Shown here: in pieces, positions 8,078 to 17,581 of the stretch
How positions within the stretch are numbered: the stretch's first letter is position 1
Layout: every line of letters starts with the position of its first letter
Source: Candidatus Latescibacterota bacterium
Lineage (GTDB): Bacteria > Latescibacterota > UBA2968
DNA: 64,000 nucleotides
NCBI GenBank assembly: GCA_965205975.1
Contig: OZ242195.1
Span: 144,202 to 208,201, forward strand
Reading direction: 5' to 3'
Notes under the pieces: model-generated
The model's input: the letters and a program-made list of their open reading frames with translations, nothing else
Database searches by the model: none
Told to the model about the DNA's origin: nothing
Program-made: the position numbers and the translations under genes

Positions 8078-9025
8078 ATGAGGGAATCAACAGATCTTGC
8101 GGAGGATGGTGCTATTCCATTTGAGGTGTTTGCGGGTTTTGAGCGGCTTGAGGATGTTAACCCTATCATTGCCTGCGAGCCGCCAGAGTGGGCAGCCGCA
8201 GCCCATGCATTTGTGATGGATGATACGGTGCACTATTTGTGGGGAAGAAGAAAAGAAGGCAATTATTGGGTTTTAATGCATAGCACAGCTCCGGTGAAAG
8301 ATCCCGCAAAGATCGCGCACGATTCGCGCAATCCCGTGCTTTTGCCTTCGGGCGAGGGGTTTGACGATTATACAATCGAATATCCTTTTCCGTTTTGGAA
8401 TCCCGCCGATGGCAGGTTTTATGTTTATTATTTGGGGCGACGACAAAAGCCGCCAAAGCAGACTGGTCTATTGGTGGGCGATGGCGATTTTGGCAAGTGG
8501 ACGCGCGTTTGTCAGACGCCTGTGATTGCCTCAGATACCGCGCATGAGCGGCAGGGTTCGTCGCATCCCTCGGTTGTGGTGGTAGATGATACCATACATA
8601 TCATTTATACGGGGGAGTCGGCAGAGCCGCCGACCTTATGCCACGCGACCGCGCCGACAAGCGATCCCGCGGCTGTTACCAAAGATTCCGCAAATCCCAT
8701 TTTTACGGGTAGCGGAGAAATGTGGGATAGTTGTGGTGTCCGAGAGGCTGAGATTTTTAAGGGTCCACAGTATTTCCATCTCTTTTACGGGGGGTCCGAT
8801 GGCGAGGCCTGGCGGATTGGGCATGTGCGAACGCGCGATTTTCGCACCTTTGAACCCAATCCACACAATCCAATTTTTTCGCCCTCGCCAGATCCCGATG
8901 CATGGGACTGCGACGGGATACTAACGCCTCAGGTGATTGAAATTGACAACCGCTACTACATGGTCTATGCGGGTATGCGGGGGCGTGAGTGGCAGACGGG
9001 ACTCGCGGTAACGCGATCTGTATGA
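8078..9025 (+). CDS. five-bladed beta-propeller glycoside hydrolase-like protein (GH43/GH130-like fold)
   Basis: Repeated blade-like segments, for example VHYLWGRR ... YWVLMHSTAP, RFYVYYLG, TIHIIYTGES, YFHLFYGGSD and RYYMVYAGM. An AAAAGGAGGA RBS precedes the ATG at 8078 and there is no signal peptide. Family assignment is tentative. Confidence 0.5.
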   Translation: MRESTDLAEDGAIPFEVFAGFERLEDVNPIIACEPPEWAAAAHAFVMDDTVHYLWGRRKEGNYWVLMHSTAPVKDPAKIAHDSRNPVLLPSGEGFDDYTIEYPFPFWNPADGRFYVYYLGRRQKPPKQTGLLVGDGDFGKWTRVCQTPVIASDTAHERQGSSHPSVVVVDDTIHIIYTGESAEPPTLCHATAPTSDPAAVTKDSANPIFTGSGEMWDSCGVREAEIFKGPQYFHLFYGGSDGEAWRIGHVRTRDFRTFEPNPHNPIFSPSPDPDAWDCDGILTPQVIEIDNRYYMVYAGMRGREWQTGLAVTRSV

Positions 9026-9026
9026 C

Positions 9027-10127
9027 TCAGTCTTTCAGAACGCGGTTGGGCGTGTACTGGTTTGTGTAGTGACGCATGTTTCCCACGGCGTTGTTCTGTT
9101 TGATGGCGTCAGCGGGGAAGGTATGGAGAAACCAGTTGTTGTAGATTTCAGCACTTTCCTGGGGGATACCCCGAATGACTACGGCGGGTACACTAACGGC
9201 GCGAAAGGTGTTGTGGTGGATTAACATAAGATCGCCAGCGATGTGCGTATCGTCACCGCGATCCCGGCCGCCGTGCATGTCAAAGCTGTGGCTGTTGGCA
9301 TTTTCCAAAATCAGGTTGTAACGGGCTTCGTAGCTGGTGCCAGGTCTTCCAGTGCCTGCAATGTGGTGGCGGCACCAGTCGAACAAATTGGCTTCGATAA
9401 GGGCGTTGGATTGGTCCAGCACCACGCCGTAGCCCAGGCCGTAGCGCTGATTGTGGTGAAAGTAGTTGTGATGGATGTGGTTGTCCGTTGAGCCTGCCCG
9501 CAGGAAGATCGCGGCGTGGCTCCAGCCCCAGAGTTCGCAGTTATCGACTTCGAGGTTGGGATATTCGGTCTGGATGGCGCGGGAGTTGGGTATGCTGTAG
9601 TAGCGCCCTTCGGCATGGAGTTGTCTCATTTGCTCGGTGCGTCTGAGGGTGTCCGGTCCCCGGAAGCGAAGGCCGGTGATGCGGATGTTGGGTCCGGCGG
9701 CGATAAAGAGGGGTATGGTTTCGAGTTGTTTGGAGTAGAGCAGGGCGCCCTGGGAGCCGGGTTTGCCCCGGCCGCTGGCGAGCGTGACGCCTCCGCGTAT
9801 GGTGATGTTCTGATGTCCAGTCAGGTCGATTCTGATGGTATCTACTATATAGACTATCTGGTTGGGACCGGCGAACTGGAGAGCGTCGAACAGTTCCATG
9901 CGGTTTGTGACCAGGAATACAGATGGGTCAACCAGGCGGTTATAGCCCTCGCCACCGCCGATGGGATTGCCAGTGGGGTTGATGTCGGCACCGAATTTGT
10001 CATCTGAAAGCAGGGGTTTTTCCTGCTGTCCGTTGCCATCTGATGTATCGGGATTGAGAGGTTTTTCTTTTTCAGAACAGGCAAACAGAAGGAGCAAGGC
10101 GGTGAGATATCTAAGCGTTCTTGACAT
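9027..10127 (-). CDS. right-handed parallel beta-helix repeat lipoprotein, polysaccharide lyase/hydrolase-like
   Basis: The N-terminus MSRTLRYLTALLLLFACSEKE carries a lipobox (L-F-A-C). Beta-helix repeat signatures follow (NHIHHNYFHHNQRYGLGYGVVLDQSNALIEANLFDWCRHHIAG ... LMLIHHNTF). A GGAG RBS lies 7 nt before the ATG at 10127. Confidence 0.6.
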   Translation of the reverse strand: MSRTLRYLTALLLLFACSEKEKPLNPDTSDGNGQQEKPLLSDDKFGADINPTGNPIGGGEGYNRLVDPSVFLVTNRMELFDALQFAGPNQIVYIVDTIRIDLTGHQNITIRGGVTLASGRGKPGSQGALLYSKQLETIPLFIAAGPNIRITGLRFRGPDTLRRTEQMRQLHAEGRYYSIPNSRAIQTEYPNLEVDNCELWGWSHAAIFLRAGSTDNHIHHNYFHHNQRYGLGYGVVLDQSNALIEANLFDWCRHHIAGTGRPGTSYEARYNLILENANSHSFDMHGGRDRGDDTHIAGDLMLIHHNTFRAVSVPAVVIRGIPQESAEIYNNWFLHTFPADAIKQNNAVGNMRHYTNQYTPNRVLKD

Positions 10128-10248
10128 GTCAATCTCCTTCTTTATTTCAAAATGATTGATCAATCAAAAACTACGGCAATTCAGCCGATTGATCAAGTCG
10201 AATAGAAGTCCTATCAACACGGGACCACTCAAGAGAAAGGAGTTCGCA

Positions 10249-11217
10249 ATGCGCGATATTGTGGTCTTTAGCGGGAACGCACATCGTCAATTGGCAGAGC
10301 ATATATGCCAGTATCTGAGCGTGCCTCTTAGTCAGAGCACGATTAACCGCTTCAGTAACGATTGCATTCAGGTGCAGTTAAACGCCAATTGTCGGGAGGC
10401 CGATGTCTTTCTGATTCAGCCTCTTGTGCCACTTGTCCAGGACCATCTCATGGAACTCCTGCAGATGCTGGACGCGGCACGCGGGGCATCGGCTGCCCGT
10501 ACGACGGCCGTTATTCCATACTACAGTTACGCGCGGTCAGATAAAAAGGATGCGCCTCGCATTTCTATTGCAGGGAGACTGGTGGCAGATTTGATTGATA
10601 CGGCAGGTGCAAATCGGGTGCTCACGATGACTCTCCACGCGCCGCAGGTACATGGATTTTTTCGCATTCCCGTCGATCATCTCAATGCTCTCCATGTGTT
10701 GGCGAGATATTTTCGGGGCAAAGACCTGGCGGATACGGTCGTTGTTTCACCCGATCTTGGAGGCGCAAAGGAGGCAACGCATTTTGCCCGCCTGCTCAAG
10801 TTGCCCGTAGCTGCCGGAATCAAACGCCGCATCAGTGATGAAAAAGTCGTGATTGATTCAATTGTCGGCGATGTAGATGGGAAGAAGGTGATTGTTCTGG
10901 ACGAGGAGATAGCTACGGGGGGAACACTTGTGGAGCTTGTTGATCGCCTTCGGGAGCGCGGCGTTAATCACATCACGGTATCCTGCACACATGGTCTTTT
11001 TACGGGACAGGCACTGCCGCGTTTGAGTGCAATTGCAGAAGTGAAGGAATTGGTGACGACAGATACGGTTCCGCTTCCTTCGCAGAGCCAATGTCCTCCC
11101 AATCTGACTACTCTATCCGTGGCACCTCTCCTGGGTGAGGCGATCCGCAGGATACACCACGGGGAATCGGTCAGCAGCCTGTTCACGGCTCCTGATTGGA
11201 TCGTGGATACGGGATAG
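10249..11217 (+). CDS. prs: ribose-phosphate pyrophosphokinase
   Basis: [23 protein letters not shown] ... the PRPP-binding loop [15 protein letters not shown] ... [11 protein letters not shown]. An AAGGAG RBS is present. Confidence 0.9.
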   Translation: MRDIVVFSGNAHRQLAEHICQYLSVPLSQSTINRFSNDCIQVQLNANCREADVFLIQPLVPLVQDHLMELLQMLDAARGASAARTTAVIPYYSYARSDKKDAPRISIAGRLVADLIDTAGANRVLTMTLHAPQVHGFFRIPVDHLNALHVLARYFRGKDLADTVVVSPDLGGAKEATHFARLLKLPVAAGIKRRISDEKVVIDSIVGDVDGKKVIVLDEEIATGGTLVELVDRLRERGVNHITVSCTHGLFTGQALPRLSAIAEVKELVTTDTVPLPSQSQCPPNLTTLSVAPLLGEAIRRIHHGESVSSLFTAPDWIVDTG

Positions 11218-11227
11218 GAAAAAGATC

Positions 11228-11911
11228 ATGAAAAAGAAAGCAGTTGTCTTGCTCAGTGGTGGTTTGGATTCTACTACAACGCTGGCCATTGCGACAGACA
11301 AAGGGTACGCGTGTTATGCGATTACTTTTTGTTACGGGCAACGACACGAAACCGAACTCGATTGTGCGAAAAAAATTGCCGCTCATTTTGGCGTACGAGA
11401 TCACGTTATTGCCAATATTGATTCGCGCGCTTTTGGTGGTTCGGCATTAACCGATGATATCGATGTGCCCAAAAATCGAGACGAGAGCGAAATGTCCGAT
11501 GGTATCCCGGTCACTTATGTACCCGCTCGCAATACGATTTTTCTTTCTTACGCGCTTGCAATGGCCGAATCTCTCGATATCCGCGATATCTTTATCGGTG
11601 TCAATGCGATTGATTACAGTGGTTATCCCGATTGCCGCCCCGAATATATCGCCGCGTTTCAAAACATGGCGAATCTCGCCACCAAAGCCGGTGTTGAAGG
11701 GGATGCGTTCACCATTCACACGCCGCTTATTGATCTGACCAAGGTCGAGATTATCAAATGCGGGTTAGAACTCGGCGTTGATTACGCTATGACCTGCACC
11801 TGTTACGATCCCGATACAGAAGGTCGCGCGTGCGGGCAGTGCGACGCCTGCTTATTGCGCTTGCAGGGGTTTGCTCAGAATGATATGAAAGATCCGGTGG
11901 CTTATCGGTAA
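11228..11911 (+). CDS. queC: 7-cyano-7-deazaguanine synthase
   Basis: [17 protein letters not shown] is the PP-loop, followed by YGQRHETEL and the C-terminal zinc-binding cysteines [10 protein letters not shown]. Confidence 0.9.
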   Translation: MKKKAVVLLSGGLDSTTTLAIATDKGYACYAITFCYGQRHETELDCAKKIAAHFGVRDHVIANIDSRAFGGSALTDDIDVPKNRDESEMSDGIPVTYVPARNTIFLSYALAMAESLDIRDIFIGVNAIDYSGYPDCRPEYIAAFQNMANLATKAGVEGDAFTIHTPLIDLTKVEIIKCGLELGVDYAMTCTCYDPDTEGRACGQCDACLLRLQGFAQNDMKDPVAYR

Positions 11912-12011
11912 GAGGTGGTTCTTCATTGCCGCAATGTACGCTTGCTAAATACATGCGGATTTACGATCTTACAAAGTCGTTATCTCATTCACATTCAAAG
12001 AATTGTGTTTA

Positions 12012-13348
12012 TGCCACCTCTCTCACTCGATCAACTTATCGCCGATTATTGCGATCAAAACGCACACTCGCAACGTCTTTTCAAGCGTGCACAAGAAGTT
12101 TTGCCCGGCGGCAATACGCGCACCGGTGTTTTTGTCAATCCCTTCCCGATTTACGCGGACCGGGGTGAGGGTGTTTATATCGATGATGTCGATGGCAACC
12201 GCCGTCTCGACTTTGTCAATAACGCCACCGCCCTCATCCTGGGTCACGCGCATCCCGCTGTGAGCGATGCCCTGCGCGAGCGTATCAATAGTGGTACGGC
12301 CTTTTTTGGTCCTACCCAACTCGAAATCGAATGGGCAGAACTCCTGCGCGAGCGCGTTCCTTCTCTCGAACATCTGCGCTTTTGCAGTTCGGGTACCGAG
12401 TCTGTGGGCAATGCTCTGCGCGTTGCCCGCGCTTTTACGGGGCGTCAAAAAATTGCCAAATTCGAAGGTGCATATCACGGTATTGACGATCCGGCTCTCA
12501 TAAGCTATGTGCCACCTGTTACTCCCGATCTCGGTCCCGAAGAAGCGCCCAATTCGGTGCTTTCTTCTGCCGGTCTTGCACCCGCGACGGCTGAAAATGT
12601 CCTCGTTTTGCCCTTTAATAACGCGCGCGCTTGTGAACATCTCATTCGCCAACATGCGGAAGAACTCGCGTGCGTCATTATTGACCCGCTTTCTACGGCT
12701 GCTGGTATGGCTTTGCCGGATTCCGAGTTTCTCACGCTCTTGCGCAATGTGACGCGGGAACTTGAGATTCTTCTCATTTTTGACGAAATTGTCAGTTTTC
12801 GAATGACGTCGGGCGGCACACAGGCGGCGTATAATATCACGCCCGATATGACCTGTCTGGCGAAGGTCATTGCTGGCGGCACTCCGGCTGGTGCTTTTGG
12901 TGGTCGCAAAGATGTGATGGCGCTGTACGATCCCACTTCTGGATCACCTGCGATTCCTCAATCTGGCACGTATAATGGCAATCCTCTCGTGGCCATCGCT
13001 GGTCTTATGACTCTTAAAACCATGACTTCCGATGCATATCGCCACATCGACTCGCTCACCGAATACATTGCCGCTGGTCTCAAGGACGCTTTTAAAAGTG
13101 CCAGTATTCCGGCCACTATTGTCACTGCTGGCTCACTGTTTCGCATCTACTTTCTCGACCATACACCTGCCAATTATCGCCAGGCCGCACAAGACAGTAG
13201 CGAAAAACACCGCTGGCTCTATTTCTATCTTTTAAACCACGGTATTGTCATCCGCCAGGGTGGCTGTGTTTCTCTTCCCATGACGAGCAAACACGCCGAT
13301 GATTTGATCAACTGCGTGCGTGAGGGATTGCGCGTTTGGCCCTATTAA
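12012..13348 (+). CDS. class III PLP-dependent aminotransferase (glutamate-1-semialdehyde aminomutase-like)
   Basis: LPGGNTRTGVFVNPFPIYADRGEGVYIDDVDGNRRLDF ... IFDEIVSFRMTSGGTQAAYNITPDMTCLAKVIAGG. The start is assumed to be the ATG at 12012; an upstream in-frame start at 11915 cannot be excluded. Confidence 0.75.
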
Positions 13349-13359
13349 TCCAAAAATAA

Positions 13360-14082
13360 ATGTCCGTATCTATACCAGATGGCCTCGTTGTCCTCACCTT
13401 TGATGACGGCGTCAAATCACAATATACCTTTGCCGCACCCATCTTGCGCGAATGCGGATTCAACGCCACTTTTTATATTACTGAGGGATTGAACTTTCTC
13501 ACGGATAAGACGCGCTATCTCACCTGGGTAGAAGTGCGCGAATTACACGATCTGGGCTTTGAAATTGGGAATCACACGCGGCGACATAAAAGCGTTGCCA
13601 ACCAATCACGAGAGGAACTTTTATCCGATATCCGCTATATTGATCGGCAATGCAGCCACTACGGTATCCCAATTCCCACTACATTTTGTTACCCCGGCTA
13701 CACCAATACATCTGAAGCTGTTGATGTACTCAAAGAGCGCGGTTTTACTTATGCCCGACGTGGCACTGTACCCGAATATCCTTATGACCGGGAAGGTGGC
13801 CGTGGCTCGGCCTATAGTCCCGAGCAACACGATCCGCTTCTCATTCCAACTACGGGCGCGTCGGGACCGCACTGGAATTTCGACGATTTCTTGTGGTCGC
13901 TTGAGCAGGCGCAAAACGGTTGTGCCACAGTCCTCACCTTTCACGGGGTACCCGATCTCGATCATCCATGGGTGCATACCGAACCCGCATTTTTTGAACG
14001 CTGTATGCAGCATCTCACAGATAATGGACACAGAGTAATCGCCCTGCGCGATCTTACAAACTACATCGCTATGGAGTCCTGA
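13360..14082 (+). CDS. polysaccharide deacetylase (NodB homology) family protein
   Basis: LVVLTFDDGVKSQYTFAAPILRECGFNATFYI is the NodB motif 1 (TFDDG). The ORF is 240 aa, has no signal peptide, and its stop overlaps the next start (TGATATG). Confidence 0.7.
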   Translation: MSVSIPDGLVVLTFDDGVKSQYTFAAPILRECGFNATFYITEGLNFLTDKTRYLTWVEVRELHDLGFEIGNHTRRHKSVANQSREELLSDIRYIDRQCSHYGIPIPTTFCYPGYTNTSEAVDVLKERGFTYARRGTVPEYPYDREGGRGSAYSPEQHDPLLIPTTGASGPHWNFDDFLWSLEQAQNGCATVLTFHGVPDLDHPWVHTEPAFFERCMQHLTDNGHRVIALRDLTNYIAMES

Positions 14083-14083
14083 T

Positions 14084-14884
14084 ATGGTTGATCCTCTTCC
14101 CCTTGTTGCCTACGATACGCTTGCAGAGCAAACCGAAGCTCTATACCGCGATGGCTATGCGTATCTGCCAGGTGTATTGACGCCCGATCAAGTGGCAAAA
14201 CTCCGCGATTACATGGATGCGCTTACACCGATTTCGGAAAGTTTTGACAAAAATGGTCGCCCTGAAGATGTCGGTTTTATCAATAGACACATCAACAATG
14301 CGTTCAACCGGCACGCTCATTTTCTGCAATTTCTCGACCGTCCCGGTGTGATCGAGATTGCTGAAGCCATACACGGCGACGATTGCCACTGCATTGGTAT
14401 GACCGCATGGATGACCGGTCCCGGTCGTCCCGACCAGAATCTCCATACCGACTGGCTTCCCCTGAGTCTGCCCGCCGATATACTTGAGGATTCTCGGGTG
14501 CGCATCCCCATTTTTATTACTACGGCGCATTTCTATCTTGACGATATCAGCGAAGCGCTTGGTCCTACTAATTTTATCCCCGGCAGCCATCTTTCGGGCA
14601 GAAGCCCCAATGGCGATACAACGTGGAAAGGGCAGACTGAAAAATCCATTATGTGCAATGCAGGCGATGTGGTCATTTTTCGCAGTGAGGTCTGGCATCG
14701 CGGTACGGCCAATACGAGCGATAAAACGCGCTATTTGCTTCAAGTCCACTATGCGAAACGCATGATTACGCAAAAATATCCACCCTATCTCAACCGGTTT
14801 CAGTTCAATTCCAAAATTCTCGAGCAGGCGACGCCGCGCCAGCGCCGCCTGATGGGCGATCACAAAAGCAGCAATTACGATTGA
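14084..14884 (+). CDS. phytanoyl-CoA dioxygenase (PhyH) family Fe(II)/2-oxoglutarate oxygenase
   Basis: LYRDGYAYLPGVLTPDQVAKLRDYMD ... NLHTDW ... FIPGSHLSG ... VWHRGTAN. The HxD...H triad is present. Confidence 0.75.
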   Translation: MVDPLPLVAYDTLAEQTEALYRDGYAYLPGVLTPDQVAKLRDYMDALTPISESFDKNGRPEDVGFINRHINNAFNRHAHFLQFLDRPGVIEIAEAIHGDDCHCIGMTAWMTGPGRPDQNLHTDWLPLSLPADILEDSRVRIPIFITTAHFYLDDISEALGPTNFIPGSHLSGRSPNGDTTWKGQTEKSIMCNAGDVVIFRSEVWHRGTANTSDKTRYLLQVHYAKRMITQKYPPYLNRFQFNSKILEQATPRQRRLMGDHKSSNYD

Positions 14885-14894
14885 GGAGTACACT

Positions 14895-15329
14895 GTGACT
14901 TTCTTGATAGGATATTATCTTTGGCTAAAAGTTGTACATCTCATCGCCATGATTGGTTGGATGGTCGGTATTTTGTATTTGCCGCGGCTGTTTGCCTATC
15001 ACGCCGATGCCTCTGCTGATACGGATGAGACATTTCAACAGATGGAATACAATCTTATGCGGCTTCTGCTTATGCCCTGTATGATTGTCGTTTTTATTAC
15101 GGGCATTCTCTTGATTTTTGCAACAGGGAGCCTGACGAGCGGGTGGCTTCACACCAAATTTTTACTTGTTCTCATGCTCGCGGGATTGCACGGTATGATG
15201 TCGCGCCAGCGCAAGAATTTTCAACGCGGCGAAAATACCAGAAGCGCGGCGTACTTTCGCACATTTAGCCACGTTACAACGCTTATTGTGATTCTCGTTG
15301 TCGCGCTGGCTGTTCTGAAACCTTTTTAG
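14895..15329 (+). CDS. hemJ: protoporphyrinogen IX oxidase HemJ (CopD-like 4-TM protein)
   Basis: YLWLKVVHLIAMIGWMVGILYLPRLFAYHAD is the conserved HemJ N-terminus. There are 4 TM helices over 144 aa, a GTG start and a GAGGAG RBS. Confidence 0.75.
   Translation: MTFLIGYYLWLKVVHLIAMIGWMVGILYLPRLFAYHADASADTDETFQQMEYNLMRLLLMPCMIVVFITGILLIFATGSLTSGWLHTKFLLVLMLAGLHGMMSRQRKNFQRGENTRSAAYFRTFSHVTTLIVILVVALAVLKPF
15171..15194. repeat. direct repeat copy 1 inside hemJ (ctcatgctcgcgggattgcacggt; extended imperfect repeat about 15138..15194)
   Basis: A perfect 24-bp copy recurs at 16119..16142. With the upstream gagcgggtggct block, the similarity extends to about 55 bp. Confidence 0.8.
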
Positions 15330-15341
15330 TGGGAGTGAAAC

Positions 15342-16091
15342 ATGGCAAACGACGAATTTGTAATTCCGCGACGATTGATCAATTCGGACCGGGAGGAAAC
15401 ACCGAGGTCCTTGCTGGACCTGATTGAACAGGGGCCATTCGATTTGGACACGGCGGCGTGGTGGATGTCGCATGTGACGAATGGGGCTTCGTGGATCGTG
15501 GGGTCGGGTCCGGGTGGGATCGGGAAATCGACGACGATGCGTTCCTTTCTGAGCGTTGTACCCGGGGACCGGGTATTTGCGATCGCGATGCCAGGGGAGA
15601 TCCCACCGCTCGCGGATCAGAAACGCTGCACTATTGCGCTCGAGTTGAGCGATCATCGGCCGCCCGGCTACCTTTGGGACCAGGACCTGCGTGACTTCTT
15701 CGACCTATCGAAGGTGGGACACCAGCTTGTGGGGAATGTCCACGCGGATACTTTGGAAGAGACGCGTGAACAGATCGTCGGGGCGTGTAGCGTTCCCGAG
15801 GAACAGTTCCATCACATCAATATCATTGCATTCGTCTGGCTGGAAGGTTATGAACGCGGAAACAGCAGGCGGATCAGGGATCAGACGTCGCGGCGGTTTC
15901 TGACAAGCGTGCACTACACCGATGGTTCAGGTGCCCACGAGCAAGTCTATTCGGAAGGGTCAGGGCTCTCGCCCGACGCACCGAGGGATGTGGCGCACGA
16001 AGCAAAGTGCCGAACTTTTTTGGAGGAGGCATTGGGAGAAGCGTCGCGGGATATGGATGAATTGAGGGAGCGATATCTGGCCTGGCATTAG
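15342..16091 (+). CDS. P-loop NTPase of unknown function on a GC-rich insert (weak resemblance to the VirB11/CpaF-type secretion ATPase core)
   Basis: Walker A GSGPGGIGKSTTM at residues 54-66; a possible Asp-box DRVFAIAMPGE and a Walker B-like NIIAFVWLEG. The gene is about 60% GC against roughly 50% for its neighbours. A GGGAG RBS precedes the ATG at 15342. Confidence 0.55.
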   Translation: MANDEFVIPRRLINSDREETPRSLLDLIEQGPFDLDTAAWWMSHVTNGASWIVGSGPGGIGKSTTMRSFLSVVPGDRVFAIAMPGEIPPLADQKRCTIALELSDHRPPGYLWDQDLRDFFDLSKVGHQLVGNVHADTLEETREQIVGACSVPEEQFHHINIIAFVWLEGYERGNSRRIRDQTSRRFLTSVHYTDGSGAHEQVYSEGSGLSPDAPRDVAHEAKCRTFLEEALGEASRDMDELRERYLAWH

Positions 16092-16118
16092 GAGCGGGTG
16101 GCTCATACCAAAATTCTA

Positions 16119-16142
16119 CTCATGCTCGCGGGATTGCACGGT
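16119..16142. repeat. direct repeat copy 2 (extended about 16092..16142), a decayed duplicate of hemJ codons ~85-101
   Basis: See copy 1. Confidence 0.8.
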
Positions 16143-16151
16143 CAAGCGTAC

Positions 16152-16188
16152 ACAAAAAATCGCGACTTCTAAGAATGGAAGTCGCGAT
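16152..16188 (-). terminator. rho-independent terminator of ssrA
   Basis: Perfect 11-bp stem atcgcgacttc / gaagtcgcgat with an 8-nt loop, followed on the minus strand by TTTTTTGTG. It lies directly 3' of the tmRNA CCA end. Confidence 0.75.
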
Positions 16189-16197
16189 GCAAGTTAT

Positions 16198-16582
16198 TGG
16201 TGGAGGCGGCGGGAATCGAACCCGCGTCCGAAAGCAGTTTGATAACGGCATCTACGTGTGTAGTCTATTCACTTAGGATCTCGCATCTCGCGCCCCAACA
16301 GACAGGGTCGCTGAGATGCCAGCCCGATGGTTGGGGCTGTGGCCCGCTCTCATCCGGAGGCCCTCGAGCGGAAACCCCCGCACCAGCCTGCTCTCGTCGG
16401 CGCTCTGCCCAGACCACGCAGGCAAGGTCTGAGAGAACGGACTGCGTAACGGTTAGTTAGGCAGCCATTGCGTACGTGTTATCGTCCGCAGTTGCGTTTT
16501 TTCCCAATTGTTTTACGAGGTGATTGGGCACCTCGACACGCAGCTATTATCTCCCCACCCCCGTCGAAGCCGTGTCGCCCCC
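16198..16582 (-). ncRNA. ssrA: transfer-messenger RNA (tmRNA, SsrA)
   Basis: The 5' end is GGGGGCGACACGGCTTCGACGGGGGTG, the tmRNA tRNA-like 5' consensus. The 3' end is GCGGGTTCGATTCCCGCCGCCTCCACCA (T-arm plus acceptor/CCA). The internal tag reading frame is GCA ACT GCG GAC GAT AAC ACG TAC GCA ATG GCT GCC TAA, giving ...ATADDNTYAMAA-stop, matching the canonical ...YALAA degradation tag. Confidence 0.9.
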
Positions 16583-16594
16583 ATTACATTTAAA

Positions 16595-16623
16595 AATATA
16601 TCTAAGTTAATCCTTCCAGTCAA
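16595..16623 (-). promoter_or_regulatory. sigma70-type promoter of ssrA
   Basis: On the minus strand: TTGACT (16623..16618), an exact 17-nt spacer and TATATT (16600..16595), 12 nt upstream of the tmRNA 5' end. Confidence 0.6.
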
Positions 16624-16635
16624 GCTGTCCTCAGC

Positions 16636-17571
16636 CTAATTTTCTCTAAACCACTCTATTGTCTGTCGCAATCCCTGCTCTGGCGTCACTTTGGGTTCCC
16701 ATCCCAGGAGTTTTTTGGCCAGGGTGATATCGGGTTGTCGCATTTGGGGATCGTCGCCGATTTGCGCGTTGGGCATCAGCGCGATTTCGCTTTTGCTTTC
16801 GGTTAGTTCAACGATCTTTTTTGCCAGATCCAACATCGATGTTTCACTCGATGGATTGCCGATATTTACGGGCGCGTGATAATCCGTGTGCATCAATCGA
16901 TAGATCCCTTCAATCAGGTCTGAGACATAACAAATACTGCGCGTTTGACTGCCATCGCCATATACTTTTAGTGGTTCACCTGCCAGTGCCCGATTGACAA
17001 AATTGGGAATGGCCCGTCCATCGTTTTTGCGCATGCGGGGACCATAGGTATTAAAAATCCGGACAATCCGCGTATCGACCCCGCTTTCGCGGTGATAGGC
17101 CATTGTCATGGCTTCGGCAAAGCGCTTGGCTTCGTCATAGACGCCACGCACGCCCAGTGTATTGACATTGCCCAAATACGATTCTGGCTGAGGATGTACT
17201 AATGGATCGCCGTAAATTTCGGATGTTGAGGCCAAAAAAAACTTCGCCTTTTTTGCACGCGCCACACCGAGCGCGTTGTGCGTGCCATGTGCGCCTACTT
17301 TCAAGATGCGGATGGGATAGCGCGAAAAATCATCGGGGCTGGCCGGGCTGGCAAAATGCAATACATAATCCAATGGCCCCTTCACATAGATGTATTGCGT
17401 CACATCGTGTTTGATAAATGTAAAACCATCTCGTCCAAACAGGTGTGCGATATTTTTTGCACGTCCAGTCAATAGATTATCCATGACAATTAGTTCGTGC
17501 CCTTCACCCAGCAAACGGTCACACAAATGCGACCCCAAAAACCCCGCGCCACCTGTTAGTAAAATACGCAT
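16636..17571 (-). CDS. UDP-glucuronate decarboxylase / NAD-dependent sugar-nucleotide epimerase-dehydratase (UXS-like)
   Basis: [44 protein letters not shown] ... the YxxxK catalytic region and the C-terminus [14 protein letters not shown]. The ATG at 17571 has an AGGAA RBS. Confidence 0.8.
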   Translation of the reverse strand: MRILLTGGAGFLGSHLCDRLLGEGHELIVMDNLLTGRAKNIAHLFGRDGFTFIKHDVTQYIYVKGPLDYVLHFASPASPDDFSRYPIRILKVGAHGTHNALGVARAKKAKFFLASTSEIYGDPLVHPQPESYLGNVNTLGVRGVYDEAKRFAEAMTMAYHRESGVDTRIVRIFNTYGPRMRKNDGRAIPNFVNRALAGEPLKVYGDGSQTRSICYVSDLIEGIYRLMHTDYHAPVNIGNPSSETSMLDLAKKIVELTESKSEIALMPNAQIGDDPQMRQPDITLAKKLLGWEPKVTPEQGLRQTIEWFREN

Positions 17572-17581
17572 ATAGTTCCTG

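Noticed and set aside
12023-14893. Several long antisense ORFs (12023..12655, 12505..12936, 13621..14031, 14141..14893)
   Set aside because: They are mirror ORFs of the aminotransferase, deacetylase and PhyH genes. The sense-strand proteins carry family motifs and the antisense ones do not.
15162-15656. 164-aa minus-strand ORF overlapping hemJ and the P-loop gene
   Set aside because: It is an antisense shadow ORF in the GC-rich insert, with no RBS or motifs. The sense-strand genes have clear signatures.
16092-16197. Searched for a duplicated ssrA 3' end (att core) or an integrase gene to define a tmRNA-integrated island
   Set aside because: No copy of the ssrA 3' terminal sequence and no integrase were found. 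The only repeats flanking the insert derive from hemJ, so a classical ssrA-targeting island cannot be claimed.
16197-16460. 87-aa plus-strand ORF
   Set aside because: It lies entirely inside the tmRNA gene on the opposite strand and is an artefact of the structured GC-rich RNA gene.
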